Assembly: GCA_963731495.1 (NCBI GenBank)
Contig: CAVSVZ010000006.1
Coordinates: 7,178-71,177 of the forward strand
Origin: an uncultured Alphaproteobacteria bacterium
GTDB lineage: Bacteria; Pseudomonadota; Alphaproteobacteria; Geminicoccales; Geminicoccaceae
Length of the DNA stretch: 64,000 bases
Reading direction: 5' to 3'
Both the position numbers and the translations under genes were made by a program. Below are positions 36,905 through 45,250 of the stretch, piece by piece; positions within the stretch are counted from its first letter, which is position 1, and the number at the start of each line of letters is the position of its first letter. The notes under the pieces were generated by a model. The model saw only the letters and a program-made list of their open reading frames with translations. It searched no databases and was not told where the DNA came from.

Positions 36905-38659
36905 ATGAGCCCGAATTCCGGTCTGCTCGAAGATCCTGCCGCGGTCGCGGAGGCCGACCTGGCGCCTGACGGGAGCAAGCCCGCCACGCGGATCGGCGAT
37001 CGCGTGCTCCAGCTCGGCCTGATCTCGCCCGACCAGCTCGAGGTCGCGCTGTTCGAGCAGAAGCGCTCGGGCGGGATGCTCGGCACGGTCCTGGTCGATC
37101 TCGGCTTCATCACCCAGGACATCCTGGCATCCCTGCTGGCCGAGGCATCGGGCTATCAACAGTTCGATCCGAAGACCGCGATGCTCGATCCCGAGGTGGT
37201 CGCGAAGGTCAGCAAGAGCATCGCAGCGCGCTATCGCGTCGTGCCGTTGTCGATCGAAGGCAACACCGTGTTCGTTGCCATGTGCGACCCCTATGACGTG
37301 CTCGCCCTCGACCAGCTCAGGCGTCAGTTCGGGATCGGCCTGGCAGTGGTGCCGCGGATCTGCTCGCCGCGCGACGTGGGCGAGCTGATCGACCGCGCCT
37401 ATGGCTACACCATGTCCTTCGACGGCATCGTCAAGGAGCTCGAGACCGGCGAGGTCGATCTCGACAGCATGGACAAGCCGGACGCCGCCTATGCCCACCC
37501 GCTGGTGCGTCTGGTCGATGCGATCCTTCTGGATGCGGTCAAGGTCGGCGCCTCCGACATCCACTTCGAGCCCGAAGAGCTGTTCCTGCGGCTGCGCTAC
37601 CGGGTCGATGGCGTGATGGCCCAGATCCGATCGTTCCATCGCGAGCATTGGTCGCCGATCTCACACCGCCTGAAGATCATGGCCGGCATGAACATCGCCG
37701 ACAAGCTGCACCCGCAGGACGGCCGGATCAGCCTCAATCTCGGCAATCGCGAGATCGACTTCCGGGTCGCCTCGCTGCCGACCGTGCATGGCGAGAACAT
37801 CGTCCTGCGCGTGCTCGACAAGACCCATTCCCAGGTCGAGCTCCACCAGCTCGGCATCAGCGCTCCCAATCTCGCCCTGGTCGAGCGCTCGCTCAAGCGG
37901 CCCGAGGGCGTGGTCGTGGTCACCGGCCCGACCGGCAGCGGCAAGACGACCACGCTGTACGCCATGCTCAGCCAGATCAGCTCGGTCGAGATCAACATCA
38001 TGACCCTCGAGGACCCGATCGAGTACCGCCTGCCGATGCTGCGCCAGACCCAGGTGCGCGAGCAGTCCGCCCTGGGCTTCGCCGAGGGTGTGCGCGCGAT
38101 CTTGCGGCAGGACCCGGATGTGGTGCTGATCGGCGAGGTGCGCGATCGGGACACCGCGGTCATGGCGCTGCGCGCGGCCATGACCGGCCATCTGGTGTTC
38201 ACGACACTGCACACCAACGACGCGATCGGGGCGGTGCCGCGGATGATGGATCTCGGCCTCGACCCGAGCATGATCGCCGGCAATGTCGTCGCCGTGCTCG
38301 CCCAGCGCCTGGTGCGCAGGCTCTGTCCGCGCTGCAAGACCTCGCGCCCGGCGAGCGCCGAGGAGTGCCGCATCCTCGGCGTCGATCCGGCTGCGCCGCC
38401 CTCGATCGGCGAGCCGGTGAGCTGTGAGCACTGCCGCTCGACCGGCTACCGGGGACGGCTGCCGCTGGTCGAGATCCTGATCATGGACGAAGAGCTCGAC
38501 GAGATCGTCGCATCGGGCGGCACCCGGGCCAAGCTGAAGGCGGCGGCGCTGCTCAAGGGCTATCGGACCATGGCCGACGACGGCATCGCCCGGGTGCTCT
38601 CGGGCGAGATCTCGCTCGCGTCCCTGATCCGCACGGTCGACCTGACCACGCGGCTGTAG
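36905..38659 (+). CDS. GspE/PilB/MshE-type assembly ATPase with MshEN-like N-terminal domain
   Basis: Walker A GPTGSGKTTTLYA, plus MTLEDPIEY, LIGEVRD, GHLVFTTLHTN and the tetracysteine CPRC...CEHC. N-terminal RIGDRVLQLGLISPDQLEVALFEQ matches the MshEN motif. Start ATG 36905 is preferred over 36830. Confidence 0.9.
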   Translation: MSPNSGLLEDPAAVAEADLAPDGSKPATRIGDRVLQLGLISPDQLEVALFEQKRSGGMLGTVLVDLGFITQDILASLLAEASGYQQFDPKTAMLDPEVVAKVSKSIAARYRVVPLSIEGNTVFVAMCDPYDVLALDQLRRQFGIGLAVVPRICSPRDVGELIDRAYGYTMSFDGIVKELETGEVDLDSMDKPDAAYAHPLVRLVDAILLDAVKVGASDIHFEPEELFLRLRYRVDGVMAQIRSFHREHWSPISHRLKIMAGMNIADKLHPQDGRISLNLGNREIDFRVASLPTVHGENIVLRVLDKTHSQVELHQLGISAPNLALVERSLKRPEGVVVVTGPTGSGKTTTLYAMLSQISSVEINIMTLEDPIEYRLPMLRQTQVREQSALGFAEGVRAILRQDPDVVLIGEVRDRDTAVMALRAAMTGHLVFTTLHTNDAIGAVPRMMDLGLDPSMIAGNVVAVLAQRLVRRLCPRCKTSRPASAEECRILGVDPAAPPSIGEPVSCEHCRSTGYRGRLPLVEILIMDEELDEIVASGGTRAKLKAAALLKGYRTMADDGIARVLSGEISLASLIRTVDLTTRL

Positions 38660-38668
38660 CACGCCGTC

Positions 38669-39877
38669 ATGCCGCACTATGCTTATCGCGCGGTCAACGC
38701 CAACGGGCGCCAGGTGCGTGGCTCGCTGGCGGCGGCCAACGAGATGGACCTGCAGAGCGCGCTGTTCGAGATCGGCCTCGAGCTGGTCGACTGCCGGACC
38801 GCCCGTGCCAGGCGCGGCCTCCTGGCGCTGCGTGATCGCATCACGACGCAGGATCTGATCCAGCTGTGCATTCACCTCGAGCAGATGCAGCGCGCCGGCG
38901 TGCCGCTCCTGCAGTGCCTGGCCGATGTTCGCGATTCCACGGGATCGCCGCGCCTGCGCGACCTGACCGCCGAGATCTACCGGGATGTCAGCGAGGGCCA
39001 GGTCCTGTCGGCCGCGTTCGCCGCGCATCCGCGGGTATTCGGCAACGTGTTCACGGCCCTGATCGCCGCCGGCGAGGCCACCGGCAACCTGGCCGAGAGC
39101 TTTCGCTACCTGGTGCGTCATCTCAAGTGGACCGACACGATGACCGCCAAGGTGCGCAAGGCGACCCGCTATCCGGCGGTGGTCGCGTTCGTGGTGCTGA
39201 GCGTGACCATCTTCCTGATGGCCGGCGTGGTGCCCCAGGTGGTCGACTTTCTGACCTCCAGCAATCAGGCCCTGCCGATCTGGACGACCGCGCTGATCGT
39301 CACCTCGGCGGTGGTGCAGGTCTACTGGCCGATCATCGTCGGCCTGCCGGTCGCCACGGCGGTCGCGATCCGGATCATGAAGCGCCGCTCGGAGGACGTG
39401 GCCTATCGGGTCGATGCGCTGATCCTGCGTCTGCCGGTCGTGGGCTCGGTCGTGCGCAAGATCGCGCTCGCCCGCTTCGCGCAGATGTTCGCGGTGATGT
39501 TCCAAAGCGGCATCGACATCCTGGCCTGCCTCGATTCCAGCCGCCGGGTGCTCGGCAACCGTGCGCTGGCGGAGGCGATGGCGCTGGTCAAGCAACAGGT
39601 CCAGGCGGGCAGCACGCTGTCGACCGCGATGGCCGCCTCGGGCGAATTCCCGACCAGGGTCACCCGCATGGTCAAGGTCGGCGAGGATACCGGCAATCTC
39701 GGACAGACCTTGCAGGAGGTCGCGGTGCTCTACGACCAGGACGTCGATCGGGCGATCGATAGTCTGATCGGCATGGTCGAGCCGATGCTGACCGCGGTGC
39801 TGGGGCTGATCATGGCATGGATCGCGCTCGCGGTGTTCGGGCCGATCTATGACAGCCTGGGTCAGATCGGCGCCTGA
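38669..39877 (+). CDS. GspF/PilC-type platform protein
   Basis: 402-aa ORF with duplicated T2SSF-like halves (...QDLIQLCIHLEQMQRAGVPLL... and ...ARFAQMFAVMFQSGIDIL...) and three TM segments. Confidence 0.9.
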   Translation: MPHYAYRAVNANGRQVRGSLAAANEMDLQSALFEIGLELVDCRTARARRGLLALRDRITTQDLIQLCIHLEQMQRAGVPLLQCLADVRDSTGSPRLRDLTAEIYRDVSEGQVLSAAFAAHPRVFGNVFTALIAAGEATGNLAESFRYLVRHLKWTDTMTAKVRKATRYPAVVAFVVLSVTIFLMAGVVPQVVDFLTSSNQALPIWTTALIVTSAVVQVYWPIIVGLPVATAVAIRIMKRRSEDVAYRVDALILRLPVVGSVVRKIALARFAQMFAVMFQSGIDILACLDSSRRVLGNRALAEAMALVKQQVQAGSTLSTAMAASGEFPTRVTRMVKVGEDTGNLGQTLQEVAVLYDQDVDRAIDSLIGMVEPMLTAVLGLIMAWIALAVFGPIYDSLGQIGA

Positions 39878-39878
39878 C

Positions 39879-41573
39879 ATGCTCGGCCGCCTGCTCGCTC
39901 CAAGCCCGCGCTTCGTGCTGACCATCGGCAACGAAGGCGGACTGCTGGCCCAGGTCGCGGGCGGCCGCGTGATCGAGGCCCGGCAAGTCGGCACCGACGA
40001 GGCGGCCTTCGCTGAGCTTGGCGCGGTGCTCGGCAAGCGTGCGCGCCGGCCGCTGGTCGTGCTGATCGACCTGCTGGAGCAGTCCTACCGCCAGGAGAGC
40101 GTGCCCAAGGTCAACCGGATGGATCGCTCGAAGGTCCTGGCGCGCAGGCTCGAGCGCGCGTTTCCGGATGCCGAGCTCAGGGCGGCGCTCGAGCGCGGCG
40201 ACGATCCGAACCAGCGCAGCACCCGGCGTTATCTGCTCGCCGCCGTGCCGCCCGCGCCCGACTGGACGCGATGGGTCGAGTTCCTGCGCACCATCGAGAA
40301 CCCGATCGTCGCCCTGACCCTGCTGCCGGTCGAGGTGGTGACCATGGTGACGCGCCTGGCCCGCCACCTGACGCCGGCGGACGCCGAGCCCCATCCCTGG
40401 ACGATCCTGATCAGCCGGCAGTCGACCGGCGGCGTGCGTCAGATCGTGGTCAATCGCGGTGAGCTCGCCTTGACCAGGCTGACCCCGAGTCTCACGCCCG
40501 AAGCGTCTCGGGCGCTCTCGCCGGGACGGCGGGGTTCGGCAGCCGAACCGGCGCACGAGCAGCCGGCCGGGCGGTCGGCGGAGGCCGAACCGACCGCGAG
40601 CGCCGCTGCCGGCACAGGCTCGATTGACGTGGTCGCCGCGACCCAGCACGAGCTGCGCGCGACCTTGGGCTACATGACCCGGCTCGGCTATCGCGCCGAC
40701 GCCGGCCTCGACATCATCGTGCTCGGCGATGACGTGCTGCGGCGCCAGTGGGCCGAAGCCATCCCGGGCGGCGCCAGGCTGCACATGCTGAGCGCGACCG
40801 AGGCAGCGGCCGCGCTCGGTCTCGGCCAGATCGGCGATCCCGAACACGGAACGCTGCTGTGCGCCGCCTGGACCGCACGCAGGCGCCAGCCCGCGATCCA
40901 GCTGCTGCCGGCCGACCTGCGCCGGCGCATGGTCGAGGAAGTGAGCCTGCGCTGGGCAGGCACGGGCCTCGGCGTCTCGGCCATCGGCCTGGCCAGCTAT
41001 GCTGCTTTCCTGGCGGTCACCGGCCTCGAGCTGGAGCATGAGATCGACTGGCTGCGCGCCTGGCAGGCGACGGCCCGGAGCCATCTCGAGCGCGACGGCG
41101 TGGACGCGGCGGCCGGCGCGGCATCGGCCGACGTGATGCGCGCGGTGCTGCAGGCGTACCGGCGCCTGCAAGGCGACCGGCTCGACCCGATCGCGCCGCT
41201 GCAGGCGCTGCGCGCGGCGATGGCGCGCGACGAGCAGCTGCTCAGTGTCGGCTGGCAGGTCGATCTCGGCAACGCCAGCGGGCGCGCCGAGCCTGACGAC
41301 GGATCCGGGCGCCAGGAGAGTGACGACTACACCATCGATCTGGTGCTCGATCTCGGCCGAGGCGACGAGCCGAGCACGGCGGTCGCCGCGACCGATCGCT
41401 TCGCCGCCAGGCTGGTCGACGGCTTTCCCGACCGGCCGATCCTGATCAAGCGTCAGGCGGTCAGCATCCTGCCGAACGAGAACTTCGTCGGCGGCGCGGG
41501 TCTGGTGCGCGAGCCCACGTCCGCAGAAGCCGAGATGAGCGCCGACCTGCGGATCGGCAGACGTCGGCGATGA
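39879..41573 (+). CDS. PilM-like / PilN-like fusion protein (MshI-like), tentative
   Basis: ATG 39879 lies 1 nt after the gspF stop. The N-terminal ~330 aa is cytoplasmic. It is followed by IQLLPADLRRRMVEE, a TM helix (AGTGLGVSAIGLASYAAFLAV) and a coiled segment as in PilN, then a periplasmic C-terminus. Confidence 0.5.
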   Translation: MLGRLLAPSPRFVLTIGNEGGLLAQVAGGRVIEARQVGTDEAAFAELGAVLGKRARRPLVVLIDLLEQSYRQESVPKVNRMDRSKVLARRLERAFPDAELRAALERGDDPNQRSTRRYLLAAVPPAPDWTRWVEFLRTIENPIVALTLLPVEVVTMVTRLARHLTPADAEPHPWTILISRQSTGGVRQIVVNRGELALTRLTPSLTPEASRALSPGRRGSAAEPAHEQPAGRSAEAEPTASAAAGTGSIDVVAATQHELRATLGYMTRLGYRADAGLDIIVLGDDVLRRQWAEAIPGGARLHMLSATEAAAALGLGQIGDPEHGTLLCAAWTARRRQPAIQLLPADLRRRMVEEVSLRWAGTGLGVSAIGLASYAAFLAVTGLELEHEIDWLRAWQATARSHLERDGVDAAAGAASADVMRAVLQAYRRLQGDRLDPIAPLQALRAAMARDEQLLSVGWQVDLGNASGRAEPDDGSGRQESDDYTIDLVLDLGRGDEPSTAVAATDRFAARLVDGFPDRPILIKRQAVSILPNENFVGGAGLVREPTSAEAEMSADLRIGRRRR

Positions 41574-42202
41574 TCCCGCGACGCCGCTCGATCAGGCGGG
41601 TGCTTGCGCTGCTCGCCATCAATGGGCTGCTCGGCGGGCTGAGCGTGGCGATCGCCCAGGGCTATACCGACGGGCGCGAGGCGACCCGCGACCGGCTGTC
41701 CCGCCAGCTGCGCAACCTGAGCAGCGAGCGCTCGTTGAGCGAGGAGGAGCGGGCATATCTGGAGTCGAACCGCGCCACCTACCAGGCGCTGGTCGAGCGG
41801 GGCCTGCTGACACCACCCGATCGGCTGGCGGCTGCGGCGCTGCTCGAGCACCTGCAGGCAGCGCACGGCCTGAACGCGATCCGCTACAGCTTCAGCCCCC
41901 AGCTCGAGCGTGCGTCGGAGCCCGGCGACGGTCGCCTGTCGGTGCTCTCGACCAACGTCACGATCGAGATGTTCGGCATCACCGACAACGACATGCTCGG
42001 CTTCGCCGAAGCGGTTCTCAGCGACTTTCCGGGCGATGTCCGGGTCACCGGCCTGCGCCTGAGCCGGCGCGAAACGGTCGATGCCAGCGTGCTCAATCGC
42101 CTGCGGGCGGGCGAGGCGATCGATCTGGTCGAGGGCCTGCTGACCTTCGAGTGGCGCAGCTTTCAGTGGCGCGAACGAGCCCATGCGCCGGCCAACTCGT
42201 GA
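41570..42202 (+). CDS. PilO/MshJ-like bitopic membrane protein, tentative
   Basis: ATGA overlap with the previous gene. It has an N-terminal TM helix (VLALLAINGLLGGLSVAIA), a coiled region and a periplasmic domain. Confidence 0.4.
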   Translation: MIPRRRSIRRVLALLAINGLLGGLSVAIAQGYTDGREATRDRLSRQLRNLSSERSLSEEERAYLESNRATYQALVERGLLTPPDRLAAAALLEHLQAAHGLNAIRYSFSPQLERASEPGDGRLSVLSTNVTIEMFGITDNDMLGFAEAVLSDFPGDVRVTGLRLSRRETVDASVLNRLRAGEAIDLVEGLLTFEWRSFQWRERAHAPANS

Positions 42203-42741
42203 TGCGCGGCCTGCCGGCATGGCTCGCCAGCGCGCTGCTCGCTCTGGCGCCCGCAGCCGCGGCCGGGCCCGACCAGCAGACGGCGCCAGGCGTGTCCGTC
42301 GAGCGCAAGCAGGCTCAGGACTCGCTGCTGTTCTCGCGCCGCATCCAGGACCTGCTCGAGGCGGCGCGCCGCGCGCGCGGCGCGGCGGTGAGTGCAGCGC
42401 CTGCCGATCCGGCGTCGCCGCTGCCGGTCGCCGGCCCCGGCGCGCTGCATCTGTCGGCGATCCTCTACGAGGGCCCGAGCGACTGGCAGATCTGGCTGAA
42501 CGGTCGCAGCTTTGCGCAAAGCGGCGTTGCCGGCGCGGTCGAGGTGCTGCGCGTGCAGCGCGATTCAGTGCGACTGAAATGGCGCGGCGCCGGCGCACGG
42601 CGGCCGGCCGAGATCACCCTACGACCCAACCAGACCTACATCGTGGCCACCGGCGAGATCGTCGAGGGTCCGCCCGATCGTGCCTGGCGCGCGCCCCGGC
42701 GAGCCGAGGAACGGGCGGAGCGAAGTGCCGCGACGCCATGA
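42202..42741 (+). CDS. secreted hypothetical protein (cluster-specific)
   Basis: TGATG overlap with the previous gene. Signal peptide is MRGLPAWLASALLALAPAAAAG. No family recognised. Confidence 0.45.
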   Translation: MRGLPAWLASALLALAPAAAAGPDQQTAPGVSVERKQAQDSLLFSRRIQDLLEAARRARGAAVSAAPADPASPLPVAGPGALHLSAILYEGPSDWQIWLNGRSFAQSGVAGAVEVLRVQRDSVRLKWRGAGARRPAEITLRPNQTYIVATGEIVEGPPDRAWRAPRRAEERAERSAATP

Positions 42742-42753
42742 GGAGCGATAAGC

Positions 42754-43488
42754 ATGACCGACGCCATTGAGATCGCCGGCCTGTGCAGCCGCTACGGACG
42801 TACCGACGTGCTGGAGGACATCACCCTGAACGTCCGCCAGGGCGAGATCCTCGGCCTGATCGGCCTCAACGGCGCCGGCAAGAGCACGCTCTTGAAGTCG
42901 ATCCTGACGCTGGTCGTGCCCACCGCAGGCGTGGTCCATCTGTTCGGCGTCGCGCACGACCAGCCGAGCAGCCGGGCACAGCTCGCCTATCTGCCCGAAA
43001 AATTTCAGCCGCCCAGCCACCTGTGCGGCCACGATTTCGTGCGGCTGTCGCTCGCGTTCTACCGCCAGCGGGTGACCCGCGCGGTCGCCTGCCTGAAGGC
43101 CGAGGAGCTCGATCTCGACCCGGCCGCGTTGCGCCGCCCGATTCGCAGCTACTCCAAAGGCATGGCGCAAAAGCTCGGGATCCTGGCGACCCTGCTGACC
43201 GACCGGCCGCTGCTGATCCTGGACGAGCCGATGAGCGGGCTCGATCCCAAGGCGCGGATCCTGCTCAAACGGCAGCTGGTCGAGGCGCGTGCGCGCGGCC
43301 GCACGGTGTTCATGAGCTCGCACATCCTGGCCGACCACGACGAGCTGTGCGATCGGGTCGCGGTCCTGCACGACGGCCGGCTCGGCTATGTCGGCTCGCC
43401 GGCCGGGCTCAAGGAGAGCCAGGGCGCGCCGACCCTCGAGACGGCGTTCCTCGCGTCGATCGAGCGGCCTCGCCGGGCCACCGCCTGA
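42754..43488 (+). CDS. ABC transporter ATP-binding protein (ABC-2 exporter type)
   Basis: Walker A GLNGAGKSTLL, signature YSKGMAQKL, Walker B LLILDEPMSGLD and H-loop SSHIL. Confidence 0.9.
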   Translation: MTDAIEIAGLCSRYGRTDVLEDITLNVRQGEILGLIGLNGAGKSTLLKSILTLVVPTAGVVHLFGVAHDQPSSRAQLAYLPEKFQPPSHLCGHDFVRLSLAFYRQRVTRAVACLKAEELDLDPAALRRPIRSYSKGMAQKLGILATLLTDRPLLILDEPMSGLDPKARILLKRQLVEARARGRTVFMSSHILADHDELCDRVAVLHDGRLGYVGSPAGLKESQGAPTLETAFLASIERPRRATA

Positions 43489-43496
43489 GCCCGCGC

Positions 43497-44159
43497 TCAG
43501 GCCAGCTGGAGCGCCAGGCTGTCCAGATGGTCCTTGGCGTGCTCCAGGCTGCAGGCATCCGCCTCGTCGGCGGCGGGTGCCTCGAGCACGATGTGCGTGA
43601 GATGGTCGATCTCGGTGAGCAGAGGGGCAAGCTCCTCCGTCGAGCCGGCGTCGAGCGCCTGTCTGCCGAGGCTCGCCATCCGATCGACCCGCTCGAGCGT
43701 CTCCTCGGCGCAGGAGGTGACCAGCCCGGCCTGCTCGACCACGGTCGCGCGCGCGCCGTGCCGGCTGCTGACCGAGCGCATCTGATCGGCGATGTCCTCG
43801 ACCGACCGGCGTAGGCCGTAGCCGGTGCCCGGCCAGAACAAGGCGATCCCGGTCGACGTGACTGTCGGCGTCGGCGGATACGACGGATCGATCGCATAGA
43901 GCAGGTTGTTGATCTGCTGCTTGGCCTCGGCGGGCTCGTCGGCGGCCAACGCGAAGCCGGCGCTCTGCAACGCCGTCTGGGCATCCTGCATGGCCATGTA
44001 CAGGAGGCCCTGCCTGGCCGGCACGTCGCTGTCGCTGACCAGTACGCGATCGAGACTGGGATCGCTCTGCCGGTCGCCGCCGATCAGGCCGGGCGCGCAG
44101 CCCGCCAGAAGCCCGATCGAGAAGATCACGCCCATCAACCTCTGTAGTGTCCTGGTCAT
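43497..44159 (-). CDS. hypothetical lipoprotein
   Basis: ATG 44159 with RBS AGGAGA. The N-terminus MTRTLQRLMGVIFSIGLLAGC contains a lipobox. Confidence 0.55.
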   Translation of the reverse strand: MTRTLQRLMGVIFSIGLLAGCAPGLIGGDRQSDPSLDRVLVSDSDVPARQGLLYMAMQDAQTALQSAGFALAADEPAEAKQQINNLLYAIDPSYPPTPTVTSTGIALFWPGTGYGLRRSVEDIADQMRSVSSRHGARATVVEQAGLVTSCAEETLERVDRMASLGRQALDAGSTEELAPLLTEIDHLTHIVLEAPAADEADACSLEHAKDHLDSLALQLA

Positions 44160-44336
44160 CTCTCCTACGCCTCGATTGCGTTTGTGCTCGACGCCGCCAG
44201 CTCCCGGCGGCATCTATTAACGGAAACGGGCTGGCCAAACCAGTGATCATCGTCCTTGCACGGCGGCCCGCAGCATGCCGGGCTTGCGGCCGCCGGCAAG
44301 CCCGCCTCGGGACCAACGGAACGCCAGGAGTGATCG

Positions 44337-45065
44337 ATGGACAATCGGGAGCGGGTCGGACGCGTCGAGCTGGCGGCGGCCTTTCGCATGGCGGCGCGGC
44401 TCGGGCTGCACGAGGGCATCTGCAACCACTTCAGCCTGGCGCTGACCGACGACGGTCGCGAGTTCCTGGTCAATCCGCACGGCTTCCAGTTCGGCGAGCT
44501 GCGGGCGCGCGATCTGCTGCGGGTCGAGGTCGGCGGCCGGGTGCTGTCCGGCGAGGGCGTGGTCGAGCCGTCCGCCCTATACATCCATGGCCGCATGCAT
44601 CTGGCGCGACCGGACAGCCGCTGCATCCTGCACAGCCACATGCCCTACGCGACTGCGCTGACCTCGATCGAGGGTGGCCGGCTCGAGCCGATCAACCAGA
44701 ATGCCCTGCGTTTCACCGATCAGGTTGCCTACGACGACGACTATGGCGGCCTGGCGCTCGATGCCGGCGAGGGCGATCGGATCGCGGCGGCGCTGGCCGA
44801 CCGGCGGATCCTGTTCATGGCCAATCACGGCGTGGTCACGGTGGGGCCATCGGTCGCCTCGGCGTTCGACGATCTCTACTATCTCGAGCGCGCCTGTCAG
44901 AACCAGGTGCTGGCGATGTCGACCGGCCGGCCGCTCAAGCGCGTGCCGGACGACGAGATCGCGCGTACCAGCGCCGAGTTCGCGCGCTATCCCGATCAGG
45001 CCGACCTGCATTTTGCGGCGCTGCGCCGGATTCTCGAGCGCGAGGAGCCGGAATACGCCGACTGA
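44337..45065 (+). CDS. class II aldolase/adducin family protein
   Basis: 242-aa ORF with ...ICNHFSL...YIHGRMH...ILHSHMPYATAL...MANHGVVTVG.... Confidence 0.85.
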   Translation: MDNRERVGRVELAAAFRMAARLGLHEGICNHFSLALTDDGREFLVNPHGFQFGELRARDLLRVEVGGRVLSGEGVVEPSALYIHGRMHLARPDSRCILHSHMPYATALTSIEGGRLEPINQNALRFTDQVAYDDDYGGLALDAGEGDRIAAALADRRILFMANHGVVTVGPSVASAFDDLYYLERACQNQVLAMSTGRPLKRVPDDEIARTSAEFARYPDQADLHFAALRRILEREEPEYAD

Positions 45066-45250
45066 GGGCTCGTCGACAGGCCGCGGATGAAGCCACCCAT
45101 CCGGCCGAGGTCGACCGGCCGGGCCGTCCTGCGGGTCCCGCGCCAGTCGCCTCCGCACGGCTCCTGCAAACCACGAAAAGCGCCCTGGCACCACGCGCCG
45201 GTTGGGGTATGTTGAGCGCCGTTTGCTCGAGCAGTGCGGGGGGAAGCATC

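Noticed and set aside
37661-40036. 791-aa minus-strand ORF across gspE/gspF
   Set aside because: It is antisense to two genes with strong family motifs and has no recognisable domains. This is a high-GC artefact. The same reasoning applies to ORFs 42619..44316(-), 57187..58905(-), 59157..61157(+), 60724..62346(+), 21742..23112(-), 14666..16207(-), 32115..33464(-), 48263..49342(-) and similar track entries.
44147-45250. 5' extension of track ORF 44147..47590 (1147 aa)
   Set aside because: The first ~368 codons overlap the class II aldolase gene in another frame and look like low-complexity sequence. The XDH-family protein clearly begins at MAKFGVGQSVRRVEDQRF (45251).
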